A DNA stretch of 58,092 nucleotides from an uncultured Candidatus Actinomarina sp. (GTDB taxonomy: Bacteria > Actinomycetota > Acidimicrobiia > Actinomarinales > Actinomarinaceae), in NCBI GenBank assembly GCA_902510995.1, contig CABXDL010000005.1:1-58092 (forward strand). The letters are read 5' to 3'. The position numbers and the translations under genes were made by a program. A model generated the notes under the pieces. The model searched no databases. It was not told the DNA's origin and worked only from the letters and a program-made list of their open reading frames with translations. Below, one piece after another: positions 46,038 through 55,016 of this stretch. How positions within the stretch are numbered: position 1 is the stretch's first letter; each line of letters opens with the position of its first letter.

Positions 46038-47887
46038 GCTAATTTTAGAGTAGCTCCAGTACCTTTTATATCTACTTTCCTTATAGAACTGAATATCTTT
46101 GCAATTTCATCTTTATCAATAGTTTCTTTCTCAATTAATACTTTTACCATTGTCTCCATTTGTTTTTTAAACTTTTTTAAAATTTTCCCAGCAATTATAT
46201 GAGCATCACTTAAAAGATTCTTCACTTCATCATCAATGGATGAAGCAACCTGATCTGAATAATCTTGTTGTCTCCCGTAGTCTCTTCCTAAAAAAACTTC
46301 ATTGGAACCTTTTCCAAAAAGCATAGGACCTAACTTATCACTCATTCCAAACTCCATAACCATTCTCCTTGCTATTTCTGTCGCTTTTTCTATATCGTTT
46401 GATGCTCCAGTTGTAGGGTCAGCAAATATGATTTCTTCTGCAACCCTACCTCCCATTAGCATTGCCAATTTGTCTTTTAGTTCAGCTTTAGATGTAAGAT
46501 ATTTCTCATCTTCAGGAAGTGCTTGTGTATATCCAAGTGCTCTTCCTCTTGGTATTATTGTTACTTTATGTATTGGGTCAGCATTAGGGAGAGCCCATCC
46601 AACTAATGCGTGCCCTGTTTCATGGTAAGCAATAATTAACTTTTCTTTATCGCTCATTAACTGACTTTTCTTTTCTGGACCTGCTAAAACTCTATCTATT
46701 GAATTTTCTATATCTTTAATTGAAACTTTTTTATTATCTTTTCTTGCAGCTAATAGCGCAGCTTCATTTAATAAATTTGCTAAATCAGCACCAGTGAAGC
46801 CCGGAGTTTGTTTAGCAACAGTTTTTAAATTTACGTTCTTCGCTAGTGGTTTATCTTTAGCATGAACCTCTAAGATTTGTGTTCTGCCTTTTAAGTCTGG
46901 TCTGTCAACTATTACTTGTCGATCAAATCGACCTGGTCTAAGAAGTGCTGGGTCTAAGACATCAGGCCTATTTGTAGCAGCCATTAAGATAACACCTTGA
47001 TTTGACTCGAAGCCATCCATCTCTACAAGAAGTTGGTTTAAAGTTTGTTCTCTTTCGTCGTGACCTCCCCCTAGTCCCGCTCCTCTCATTCTTCCTACGG
47101 CATCAATTTCATCTATAAAAATTATTGAAGGAGCAGATTCTTTTGCTTTTTTAAATAGGTCTCTAACTCTACTTGCTCCAACACCAACAAACATCTCAAC
47201 AAAGTCTGAACCAGAAATACTATAAAAAGGTACTTCTGATTCACCAGCAACTGCTCTTGCTAACAAAGTTTTCCCAGTTCCTGGAGGCCCAACTAAAAGA
47301 ACACCTTTTGGAATTTTTGCACCAAGTTTATTAAACTTTTCTGGAGATTTAAGAAACTCTTTAATTTCTTCTAACTCTTCTTTTGCTTCTTCTGCTCCAG
47401 CAACATCCTTAAAGGTTACTTTAGGTAACTGCTCATCAACTTCTTTAGCTTTTGACTTTCCAAATTGCATTACTTGATTTCCATTTGATCTAACTTGAGA
47501 AAACATAAAAAACATAAAACCTGCAAGAAACAACCAAGGTAAGAAGGCAATAAAATATTCCGAAAAGCCTGCTGGCTCTGTGTCTGTTGTTAAAACTATA
47601 TTCTGATCAATTAATATTTGAAAAATCTCTCCTTCAAATCCTTCTGGGTATTCAGTTTGAAAAACTTTATCGTCTTTAGTTGTTTTAAATTGAACAGTAT
47701 TTGACTGTTCTTTTATGGTTGCCTCAACGACTTCTCCATTGTTAATTGATTCCTGAAATTCAGAAAATGTTGAAACAGCTGGAGCATTTATAGTTTGATT
47801 GTATTGCTGAACACCAATAAATATTAGTATTCCTAAAGCAACATATAATAAAAACGGTTTAGTATTCTTTTTCTCTTTATCTTCCAT
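46034..47887 (-). CDS. ftsH: ATP-dependent zinc metalloprotease FtsH
   Basis: [17 protein letters not shown], the second region of homology, and HETGHA zinc motif. Two N-terminal TM segments. Confidence 0.96.
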   Translation of the reverse strand: MEDKEKKNTKPFLLYVALGILIFIGVQQYNQTINAPAVSTFSEFQESINNGEVVEATIKEQSNTVQFKTTKDDKVFQTEYPEGFEGEIFQILIDQNIVLTTDTEPAGFSEYFIAFLPWLFLAGFMFFMFSQVRSNGNQVMQFGKSKAKEVDEQLPKVTFKDVAGAEEAKEELEEIKEFLKSPEKFNKLGAKIPKGVLLVGPPGTGKTLLARAVAGESEVPFYSISGSDFVEMFVGVGASRVRDLFKKAKESAPSIIFIDEIDAVGRMRGAGLGGGHDEREQTLNQLLVEMDGFESNQGVILMAATNRPDVLDPALLRPGRFDRQVIVDRPDLKGRTQILEVHAKDKPLAKNVNLKTVAKQTPGFTGADLANLLNEAALLAARKDNKKVSIKDIENSIDRVLAGPEKKSQLMSDKEKLIIAYHETGHALVGWALPNADPIHKVTIIPRGRALGYTQALPEDEKYLTSKAELKDKLAMLMGGRVAEEIIFADPTTGASNDIEKATEIARRMVMEFGMSDKLGPMLFGKGSNEVFLGRDYGRQQDYSDQVASSIDDEVKNLLSDAHIIAGKILKKFKKQMETMVKVLIEKETIDKDEIAKIFSSIRKVDIKGTGATLKLA

Positions 47888-47933
47888 TATGTTTTAATTT
47901 AATATATTAAGTTTTAAAAGCAACAAAGAAAAT

Positions 47934-48446
47934 CTAAGATAGCTCAGCAAGGTAAGGTAATTCCCTGTATTTCCCCATATAGTCAAGCCCATAACCAACT
48001 ACAAATTCTGAACCAATTTCAAATCCTTTATACTTTATTTCTACTGGAATTTTATTCTCTACGGGCTTTACAAACATGCACATAGTTTCAATACTCTCTG
48101 GATTCCGAGATTCTAAAATATCAATTAAAGAAGAGAGCGTCAGACCTGTGTCAAATATGTCTTCAACAATTAAAATATTTTTGTCAGCAATATCAACATC
48201 TAAATCTTTTTCAATCTTTATCTGGCCTGTAGATTCAGAACCTTCATAGGAGGAGATACTCATGAACTCAAAAGATACATCAATATTTAAATTTTTGGCT
48301 AAGTCACTAATCGCAATAAACGCACCTTTTAATACTCCTAATATAATTAAATTTTTTCCTTTATAATCTTTATTGATTTCAGTAGCTAATTGGATGATTC
48401 TTTCTTGAATTTGTTCTTCGCTTATTATTGTTTTAGTAATCTTCAA
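47934..48446 (-). CDS. hpt: hypoxanthine phosphoribosyltransferase
   Basis: PRPP-binding loop ILIVEDIFDTGLTL, 170 aa. Confidence 0.92.
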   Translation of the reverse strand: MKITKTIISEEQIQERIIQLATEINKDYKGKNLIILGVLKGAFIAISDLAKNLNIDVSFEFMSISSYEGSESTGQIKIEKDLDVDIADKNILIVEDIFDTGLTLSSLIDILESRNPESIETMCMFVKPVENKIPVEIKYKGFEIGSEFVVGYGLDYMGKYRELPYLAELS

Positions 48447-49698
48447 TTGAGCTCTTTTCTATTGAAGCAATCATTATATTTGATTTTCCAGATTTTTCAT
48501 ACTCAATTAGGGAATCCGATTTTCTAACACCTGGTACCCAATAAATTTCTTCTTCTACAAAAATGACTGGCCATACTTCTTTTAACACATTATTAATTCC
48601 ATAATTTCTAAAAATCTCGGATACTTTAACATTTTTTCCATCTACTTTTATTTTGTCACCATCCTTGATTGAACGAATACTGAAAGCTTCTTCTTGAGGA
48701 AGAAATGCTGTCCAATTATTCATAAATTTTACTTTCTCCGTTGATAGGAATTTAAAAAATCCAAGTTCTTGTTCTTTAGTCTCATACTGTTCTGACCAAA
48801 TTTTTTTATTTATAAAAATTAATAGGGAATTTGAAACACCACAACTCCAATTATTATCAAAATTAACTTTTTTTTCATCATTAATTGCCATTAATATTTT
48901 TTCAATATCTTTTTTCTGGAGGCTTGGCATGCCTAATGTTTTTGAAAGTAATGAAATATACATATTACTTTTTATATTTTTTTCCCTAACTAATGCTACA
49001 GGTATTTCTATATATCCTTTTGCAGTTTTAACATATTTAAAATCTAAATCTGTTGTTTCAAAAATTGATTCGATCTCTGTTATTAAGCTACTTACTTTTT
49101 CCTCAATAGTTCCTGAAAATTTTTCATCTACTTTTGGAATTAACTCATTTCTAATCCAATTTCTAATAATTTTGTTGTCAAAATTAGATACGTCATCTAA
49201 ATACTCTACATCATTCTCTTTTGCGTATTTAATAAGATTCTCTTTTGAGACTCCTAATAGAGGTCTCATTGTTCTTTCTGTCATTTTAGGTATTGATCTT
49301 AGACCTCTGACTCTTGTCCCTCTAAGGAGATTAATAAAAAAAGTTTCAACTTTATCAGAAAGTGTGTGCCCCGTCAAAAGTATCTCTTCTTCTTTTAATT
49401 GTGAATATAAAATCTCATATCTGGCTTCTCTCATTTTTGTTTCAGATGAGTTCTCTTCAAGATTTGAATCTAAAGCCTTGTGGTAAATTTTTAACTTTTT
49501 TGAAATTCTATTAGCAGACTCCTCTAATTCGTTTGAGTGTTGTTGGTTATGTCTAACAAATATAGATCTTACATTAGGTACTTGTTTAGCAACGATGGTT
49601 GCTAAAACTGCACTATCTACACCCCCACTTAAAGCTATTACATAGTTCTTTGATGTATCAAGATTTTTTATAATATCTTTTTCAATTTTATTTGTCAT
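48433..49698 (-). CDS. tilS: tRNA(Ile)-lysidine synthetase
   Basis: PP-loop ALSGGVDSAVL and a C-terminal TilS_C-like region (WPVIFVEEEIYWVPGVR). Confidence 0.9.
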   Translation of the reverse strand: MTNKIEKDIIKNLDTSKNYVIALSGGVDSAVLATIVAKQVPNVRSIFVRHNQQHSNELEESANRISKKLKIYHKALDSNLEENSSETKMREARYEILYSQLKEEEILLTGHTLSDKVETFFINLLRGTRVRGLRSIPKMTERTMRPLLGVSKENLIKYAKENDVEYLDDVSNFDNKIIRNWIRNELIPKVDEKFSGTIEEKVSSLITEIESIFETTDLDFKYVKTAKGYIEIPVALVREKNIKSNMYISLLSKTLGMPSLQKKDIEKILMAINDEKKVNFDNNWSCGVSNSLLIFINKKIWSEQYETKEQELGFFKFLSTEKVKFMNNWTAFLPQEEAFSIRSIKDGDKIKVDGKNVKVSEIFRNYGINNVLKEVWPVIFVEEEIYWVPGVRKSDSLIEYEKSGKSNIMIASIEKSSIEDY

Positions 49699-49715
49699 CT
49701 ATAAACAGGATAGTT

Positions 49716-50003
49716 TTATTTTTCTATGACCTTGTATCTTTTTCTTGTGACTTGTCGAAAATATTGAATAACATTCCCAATTATGACCAATACAGCTATC
49801 GCAACAGAAGTGGGAATCAGAAACCTGTATGTCCAGGCTGCATCTTCTTCAACTTCTACCTCTTCCTCAATAACAATTGCAGGAACTGGGCTATCCTCAT
49901 AGAAGTTTTTTCCTGAATCATTAAAGCTAGGGATAAGCGAGTAAGCATTGCTATTTAAAGCAAGCATCCCTAAAAAAAGTAGAGTAATAAAAAATCTTCT
50001 CAC
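49716..50003 (-). CDS. hypothetical small bitopic protein (signal peptide, acidic ectodomain, C-terminal TM anchor, basic tail)
   Basis: MRRFFITLLFLGMLALNSNA signal-like N-terminus, an EEEVEVEEDAAW acidic run, TM segment IPTSVAIAVLVIIGNVI, and tail RQVTRKRYKVIEK. Confidence 0.55.
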   Translation of the reverse strand: MRRFFITLLFLGMLALNSNAYSLIPSFNDSGKNFYEDSPVPAIVIEEEVEVEEDAAWTYRFLIPTSVAIAVLVIIGNVIQYFRQVTRKRYKVIEK

Positions 50004-50062
50004 ATTTAAAGAGTACTAAAAGAATAAAAAAATATACTTCTATTATTAATTTATTTTATAAA

Positions 50063-51163
50063 TCAAAGATAAGAAGAGACTGGTTCAAAAAATATATCAG
50101 GCTCTAATAAAAACGCATCGTGCCCCTTGTCCGAATGCAATAAGAAATAATTTACTGATGCATTATTTAACTGAAGAACATTAACTAATTCTGTTTGTTC
50201 TTCAGGGTAAAAACAAACATCAGAATCAACACTTAGAACCAATACTTCTTTTCCTTTAAGTTTTTTTAATTCTTTTTCATCTAGTTTAAAGTTTTGCCAT
50301 GCATTAATTATTGTTTTGTAGGAATCCATAGTAAATCTTTCAATGAACTTTTCTCCTTGGTGCATCATATAAGACTCTTGGGGGGTTTTGAGAAAATATC
50401 CCATTTCATCATTAATATATTTTGACTCACCTCTTGCTCTTTCCGCAAGGAGATCTAAAGAAATGTATGTCTTGTGTGCTATCATTCTCGCCAAAGACAA
50501 ATATTCTTCTTTACGACTCTTAGAATCATTAGCTAGTTCCAATATATAAGCTTGTTCTAAGTTATGAAGCAGCTGAATAGTTGATAATTTATAGCTACTG
50601 GATATTGAAATTATTTTATTTACATATTCTGGATAAGTTATTGCAAATTCAAGAGCCATCAACCCCCCGATTGAAGCGCCAGCTACAGCATGTAAAGATT
50701 TAACACCTAACATGTCACAAACTAACTTTTGACTATTTTCAATGTCTTTAAAGGTAATATCTGGAAAACCATCTGCATAAATGCTATTTGTCTGCTTGTT
50801 TATCGAATTAGGACCCGTTGAACCATAGCAACCACCAACATAATTAACACATATAACAAAATACTTATCTGTATCTATCATCTTCCCTGAGCCTACAAAC
50901 TCATCCCACCAACCAATTTCTAACTCATCATTCCATGGAAGATTTTTATCCTCAAATTGTTCATAATTACCAGATAGTAGGTGGCTGCCTGTTAAAGCGT
51001 GGAAAACTAGTACCGCATTATCACCAGACTCAGAGAGCTTACCATAAGTTGTATAAGCTAAATTTACCTCTTCAAGAAATTCTCCACATTCAAGTTCTAA
51101 TTTTGGTAATAAATAATTTTCTATATTTTTATTTTGTACTGTCAAGTGCTTGAGAAAGATCAT
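50063..51163 (-). CDS. metX: homoserine O-acetyltransferase
   Basis: Alpha/beta hydrolase with nucleophile elbow GASIGGLMALEF. Located downstream of metY. The listed start overlaps metY by 35 nt, and an in-frame TTG at 51145 is an alternative. Confidence 0.88.
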   Translation of the reverse strand: MIFLKHLTVQNKNIENYLLPKLELECGEFLEEVNLAYTTYGKLSESGDNAVLVFHALTGSHLLSGNYEQFEDKNLPWNDELEIGWWDEFVGSGKMIDTDKYFVICVNYVGGCYGSTGPNSINKQTNSIYADGFPDITFKDIENSQKLVCDMLGVKSLHAVAGASIGGLMALEFAITYPEYVNKIISISSSYKLSTIQLLHNLEQAYILELANDSKSRKEEYLSLARMIAHKTYISLDLLAERARGESKYINDEMGYFLKTPQESYMMHQGEKFIERFTMDSYKTIINAWQNFKLDEKELKKLKGKEVLVLSVDSDVCFYPEEQTELVNVLQLNNASVNYFLLHSDKGHDAFLLEPDIFFEPVSSYL

Positions 51164-52409
51164 CTATAATATCTTCGATGTCTTCTATTCCTATTGACAA
51201 CCTAACTAGCTCCGGAGGTGATCCTGCCGCAACCAAAGCTTCTTCATCTAGTTGTGAATGAGTAGTAGTTGCAGGATGGATAGCAAGAGACCTTGTATCA
51301 CCAACGTTTGCCACATGTCTAAACATCTTCAAATTATCAATAAATTTCTGTCCTGAATCTTTACCACCTTTGATTCCGAAAACAACCATTGTCCCGCCTG
51401 TCCCTTTCAAATATTTTTCTGAAAGTTCATAAGCTGGATCGTCTTTTAATCCTGGAAATCGGACCCACTCAACTAAATCATGGTCTGAAAGATACTCTGC
51501 AGCTTTTTTTGCATTCTCACAGTGTTTTTCCATTCTCAAGCCTAAAGTTTCTAAACCACTCATTACCTCAAAAGCAGTTTCTGGTGACATGTTCGCACCA
51601 AGATTTCTTAAAGGAACTGTTCTTAGCCTTAGAGAATAAGCTACGGCTCCTAAATCTCCTAAGTCATGGCCCCAACGCATTCCACCGTAACTTGTGTCTG
51701 GAGTATCGTAGAGTGGAAAATTACCATTCCCCCACTCAAAACCACCTTTTTCAATAACTGCTCCAGCAATTACTCTCCCATGACCTGACATCCATTTTGT
51801 TAATGAGTAAACAACAATATCTGCTCCAAAGTCAAGGGACTTTTGAAGAGCAGGTGTAGTAAAAGTAGCATCAACAATTAATGGTATTCCTTTTGAGTGT
51901 GCAACCTTAGATAAACCTTCAATGTCTGCAACAACCAATCCGGGATTGGTGATTGTCTCAACATAAATAGCTTTTGTATTTTTATCTATACTCTTCTCAA
52001 CTAAATCAAGATCTGTTGTATCAACTTTTTTAGATGTGATTCCAAACTCTGGAAGTATGTTGGTAAACATCGTGTAAGTTCCACCATAAAGTTGAGTATC
52101 TGTAATAAAATTGTCACCTTGGCTACATATATTAATTAATGAATACATAACTGAAGCTGTTCCAGACGAAAGAGCAACACACATTGCACCATCTTCCAAT
52201 TCAGTCAATCTATTCTCAAGTGACCCAACTGTTGGGTTTGTTAACCTTGAATATATATTTCCAAACTCTTTAAGTCCGAAGAGATTAGCAGCGTGCTCAG
52301 TATTATTAAATTGATATGCTGTTGTTTTATATATTGGTGGCGTGATAGAACCCTGACTATCAGCACTCGAATCATACCCTGCGTGTATAAGCTTTGAATT
52401 AAATTTCAT
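51129..52409 (-). CDS. metY: O-acetylhomoserine sulfhydrylase (PLP-dependent)
   Basis: PLP-lysine motif SLTKWMSGHG. The start is set at ATG 52409 (MKFNSKLIHAG), which is preceded by AAAGGAGAA. The 22 extra codons in the ORF track lie inside the riboswitch. Confidence 0.92.
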   Translation of the reverse strand: MKFNSKLIHAGYDSSADSQGSITPPIYKTTAYQFNNTEHAANLFGLKEFGNIYSRLTNPTVGSLENRLTELEDGAMCVALSSGTASVMYSLINICSQGDNFITDTQLYGGTYTMFTNILPEFGITSKKVDTTDLDLVEKSIDKNTKAIYVETITNPGLVVADIEGLSKVAHSKGIPLIVDATFTTPALQKSLDFGADIVVYSLTKWMSGHGRVIAGAVIEKGGFEWGNGNFPLYDTPDTSYGGMRWGHDLGDLGAVAYSLRLRTVPLRNLGANMSPETAFEVMSGLETLGLRMEKHCENAKKAAEYLSDHDLVEWVRFPGLKDDPAYELSEKYLKGTGGTMVVFGIKGGKDSGQKFIDNLKMFRHVANVGDTRSLAIHPATTTHSQLDEEALVAAGSPPELVRLSIGIEDIEDIIDDLSQALDSTK

Positions 52410-52524
52410 ATGTTCTCCTTTTCTTTGGAGAAGATTCTGACTATTTAGTTGCATTTCTGCCACATCTTCAAGCACCTTGGATAGTCTTCCAGGTTGCTGA
52501 GGTCTTAACCTTCTCTATATGCTT
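52410..52524 (-). promoter_or_regulatory. SAM riboswitch, SAM-I clan (SAM-IV or SAM-I/IV-like), metY-metX leader
   Basis: Minus-strand RNA: P1 AAGCAU/GUGCUU, AGAG, a short P2, CAGCAACC, P3 CCUGGA..UCCAAGG, GGUGC. The P3 loop GACUA is complementary to UAGUC at 52439-52443. UUCUCC (52427-32) is complementary to the SD GGAGAA (52413-18). A paralogous copy precedes metK. Confidence 0.8.
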
Positions 52525-52530
52525 ATTTAA

Positions 52531-52539
52531 ATTATATCA
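52531..52539 (-). promoter_or_regulatory. candidate extended -10 promoter for the metY-metX leader
   Basis: The minus strand reads TGATATAAT (TGnTATAAT) and ends 6 nt upstream of riboswitch P1. I see no good -35. Confidence 0.45.
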
Positions 52540-52555
52540 AACTCATAGATAGAAT

Positions 52556-53644
52556 CTACAAATTTTCTATTTTTTCCCAATTTCTAGTCTTGTGACCGAA
52601 ATGTGAAAATAACGTATCTTCTTTGTAGTTAACTTCAAGAAGATTCAGCCTTTCAATTATTGACCCAGGCTTCATATCAAACTTACTAATAAAATCAACT
52701 AGTACTTTGTTTTCTGATTTTTCAGTACCAAACGTCTCAACAGTTAGTTCGTATGGTTCAGCTTTGCCAATTGCATATGCAACTCTAACTAAGCATTCAT
52801 CTGCTAAGCGATGGGAAACTACATTCTTTGCTAAATGTCTTGCTGCGTATGCTGCTGATCTATCAACTTTACTTGGGTCTTTACCTGAAAATGCACCTCC
52901 TCCAACTGGAACGGATGGACCATAAGCATCAACTACAATTTTTCTTCCAGTTAATCCAGTATCTCCTGCTGGACCTCCTTTAACAAATGAACCAGAAGGG
53001 TTTAAATCTAGTGTGAATTCCTCTGTTACAAAATTTCCAGCAAGTTCAAATACTCTAGAATGTAAATCCTCAATATCGATTCCTTTTTGGTGTTGTGTAG
53101 ATACAACGACTTTTGTCATATCTCCTCCGCTTGTGACCTGTACTTTTGAATCTAAATCTAACATTTCATCAGAATGTTGCATGCCCCATAAAGCTTGTTG
53201 AATATTTCGAGACTTATCAAAAGTTGGAGGCATGAGAGATTCTGTTTCATTTATAGCGTACCCAACCATAATCCCTTGGTCTCCCGCCCCTTGGTCTTTA
53301 TCATCTTCAACAGCAGCTCTTATTTCTTCAGACTGAGGGGTAAGCTCATTCTGAATAGTTAAATTATCTAAATCAAAATCTGGAAAACTTGTTTTTATTG
53401 TTTTTTGAAGTGCTTCTTTTACAATGCTTGTAACAGCTTCGTCTGTAATGTTAGCAATTTCACTAATTTCACCACCAACAACAACTAAACCCCCATTGTC
53501 TGTTCCAGTTAAAAAAGTTTCTACAGCTACTCTAGAATTTTTATTATTTTCTAGGGCCTGTGTTAAAACATAATCTGAAATTAAATCTGCTATCTTGTCA
53601 GGGTGTCCAGGTGAAACTGTTTCTGCAGTTACATATTTTGTCAA
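52556..53644 (-). CDS. metK: S-adenosylmethionine synthase
   Basis: GHPDKIADLISD, GAGDQGIMVGYA and GGGAFSGKDPSKVDRSAAYAAR motifs. TTG start preceded by AGGAGAA. Confidence 0.95.
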   Translation of the reverse strand: MTKYVTAETVSPGHPDKIADLISDYVLTQALENNKNSRVAVETFLTGTDNGGLVVVGGEISEIANITDEAVTSIVKEALQKTIKTSFPDFDLDNLTIQNELTPQSEEIRAAVEDDKDQGAGDQGIMVGYAINETESLMPPTFDKSRNIQQALWGMQHSDEMLDLDSKVQVTSGGDMTKVVVSTQHQKGIDIEDLHSRVFELAGNFVTEEFTLDLNPSGSFVKGGPAGDTGLTGRKIVVDAYGPSVPVGGGAFSGKDPSKVDRSAAYAARHLAKNVVSHRLADECLVRVAYAIGKAEPYELTVETFGTEKSENKVLVDFISKFDMKPGSIIERLNLLEVNYKEDTLFSHFGHKTRNWEKIENL

Positions 53645-53760
53645 AATAATTCTCCTATTTATATATAGATGGAGAAAAGCTATTTTTTGTTACAAACCAC
53701 ATATTTAAGCACCTTAGTTAGCTTTCTAGGTTGCTGAGGCTCCTACCTCTCTCCATGCTT
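53645..53760 (-). promoter_or_regulatory. SAM riboswitch, SAM-I clan (SAM-IV or SAM-I/IV-like), metK leader
   Basis: Same architecture as the metY leader: P1 AAGCAU (53755-60) / GUGCUU (53707-12), CAGCAACC, P3 CCUAG..CUAAGG, GGUGC. The P3 loop AAAGCUA is complementary to UAGCUUU (53676-82). UUCUCC (53671-76) is complementary to the SD GGAGAA (53650-55). Confidence 0.8.
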
Positions 53761-53765
53761 TTTCT

Positions 53766-53793
53766 ATATTAGTGCTAAGAAATTCTTTTTCAA
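53766..53793 (-). promoter_or_regulatory. candidate sigma-70-type promoter for the metK leader
   Basis: Minus strand: TTGAAA (53788-93), a 16-nt spacer, then TAATAT (53766-71), ending 5 nt upstream of riboswitch P1. Confidence 0.45.
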
Positions 53794-53840
53794 TTTTTTG
53801 TCCCGAAAACTTTAATTACGGAAATAGCTACTCTTTTAAT

Positions 53841-55016
53841 ATGTTTCCTGAAATTAAAAAAATATTTAGCTTACTTTTATCAGTTGCTTTTTCATCCATT
53901 GGTTTCATTGCTGCAATCACCGTAGCAGCATTGGCGGTTAGAGAGGTTTCTTCTAATCCTTATTTAGTTGGATTTCCAAATGCCTTAGGGGTTGGAGGTG
54001 CTTTTGTAGGTACACAGATATTTGATTACTTTTCAAAAAAATATTCAAGATTAACAGCACTTGGAAATACTTTTTTTGTAGGGGGGTTCGGAGGTGCAAT
54101 ATTAATAACAAGCCTCCTAACAGATTCTTTTTCTCTTTTATTACTAGGATCTTTTACTTTAGGCATTGGTCAGTCGGCAACACTTCAAACACGCTATGCT
54201 GCTTCATTTATAGCTAGTGAAAACTATAAAGCTACTGCCCTGTCTTTAGCGGTTTGGTTTTCTGTATTTGGATCAATATTTGGACCGAGACTTGTTGGTG
54301 AATACTCAGAATTATTTCAAAAAACATTTAACTCTGAACTTATTGTTGGTTATTTTATAGCAACAGCAGGTATGGTCCTCGCAGGTCTTTCTATATACTT
54401 TCTTTCAGAAAAGGAAAGTAAATTAAAAGAACCAGCAAATGTCGAAAAAACAAATAAAAAAATTTCTCTAGATAGTGATGCAAAATTGCTTACAAAAATT
54501 TTAGTCCTCAATCACTTTGTAATGGTTGTAATTATGTCTGCAACACCCCTCCATATTCAAGACATAGGTGAAACAATCAAACTTGTAGGAGCAATTATAA
54601 GTTATCACACTCTAGGAATGTTTTTATTTTCACCAATTCTAGGAAACCTTGTTGATAAATATGGGACAAAACTATTTGCTTCTATTGGTAGTTTTATACT
54701 TTGTTTAAGTTGCATACTTTCATTGTTCAATACAAATATTTTATTTTTAAAAATTGGATTGTACCTTCTTGGTCTAGGTTGGAATTTTACGTTTATTGCA
54801 ATTAGTGCTGCGATTTCAAAATACTCGATAAAAAATTCAATAAATTTAAATATAAGAAGTGACTCTATGGTTTTTGCTGGAAGTTCAATTGCCCACTTGA
54901 GTCTTGGGTTTACTTATATCTTTCTTGGATACACAGGTCTTGTAATTCTTGCTTTGTTTCTTTCAATATATTTAATATTCAATATAAGAAAATTTTCAAA
55001 ACTAACACTTATTTAA
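53841..55016 (+). CDS. MFS transporter
   Basis: About 12 TM segments. The ATG at 53841 (MFPEIKK...) is preferred over the GTG at 53772, because 53766-53793 carries the divergent metK promoter candidate. Confidence 0.8.
   Translation: MFPEIKKIFSLLLSVAFSSIGFIAAITVAALAVREVSSNPYLVGFPNALGVGGAFVGTQIFDYFSKKYSRLTALGNTFFVGGFGGAILITSLLTDSFSLLLLGSFTLGIGQSATLQTRYAASFIASENYKATALSLAVWFSVFGSIFGPRLVGEYSELFQKTFNSELIVGYFIATAGMVLAGLSIYFLSEKESKLKEPANVEKTNKKISLDSDAKLLTKILVLNHFVMVVIMSATPLHIQDIGETIKLVGAIISYHTLGMFLFSPILGNLVDKYGTKLFASIGSFILCLSCILSLFNTNILFLKIGLYLLGLGWNFTFIAISAAISKYSIKNSINLNIRSDSMVFAGSSIAHLSLGFTYIFLGYTGLVILALFLSIYLIFNIRKFSKLTLI

Noticed and set aside
52410-52475. N-terminal 22 codons of the ORF-track version of metY (MLEDVAEMQLNSQNLLQRKGEH).
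   Set aside because: This segment coincides with the P1 3' strand, the pseudoknot and the anti-SD of the SAM riboswitch. A strong SD (AAAGGAGAA) precedes the internal ATG at 52409, whose product begins like other OAH sulfhydrylases.
53772-53840. GTG-initiated 23-codon N-terminal extension of the MFS transporter.
   Set aside because: It overlaps the candidate metK promoter and adds a non-hydrophobic, Asn/Phe/Ser-rich peptide. The ATG at 53841 begins directly before the first TM helix.
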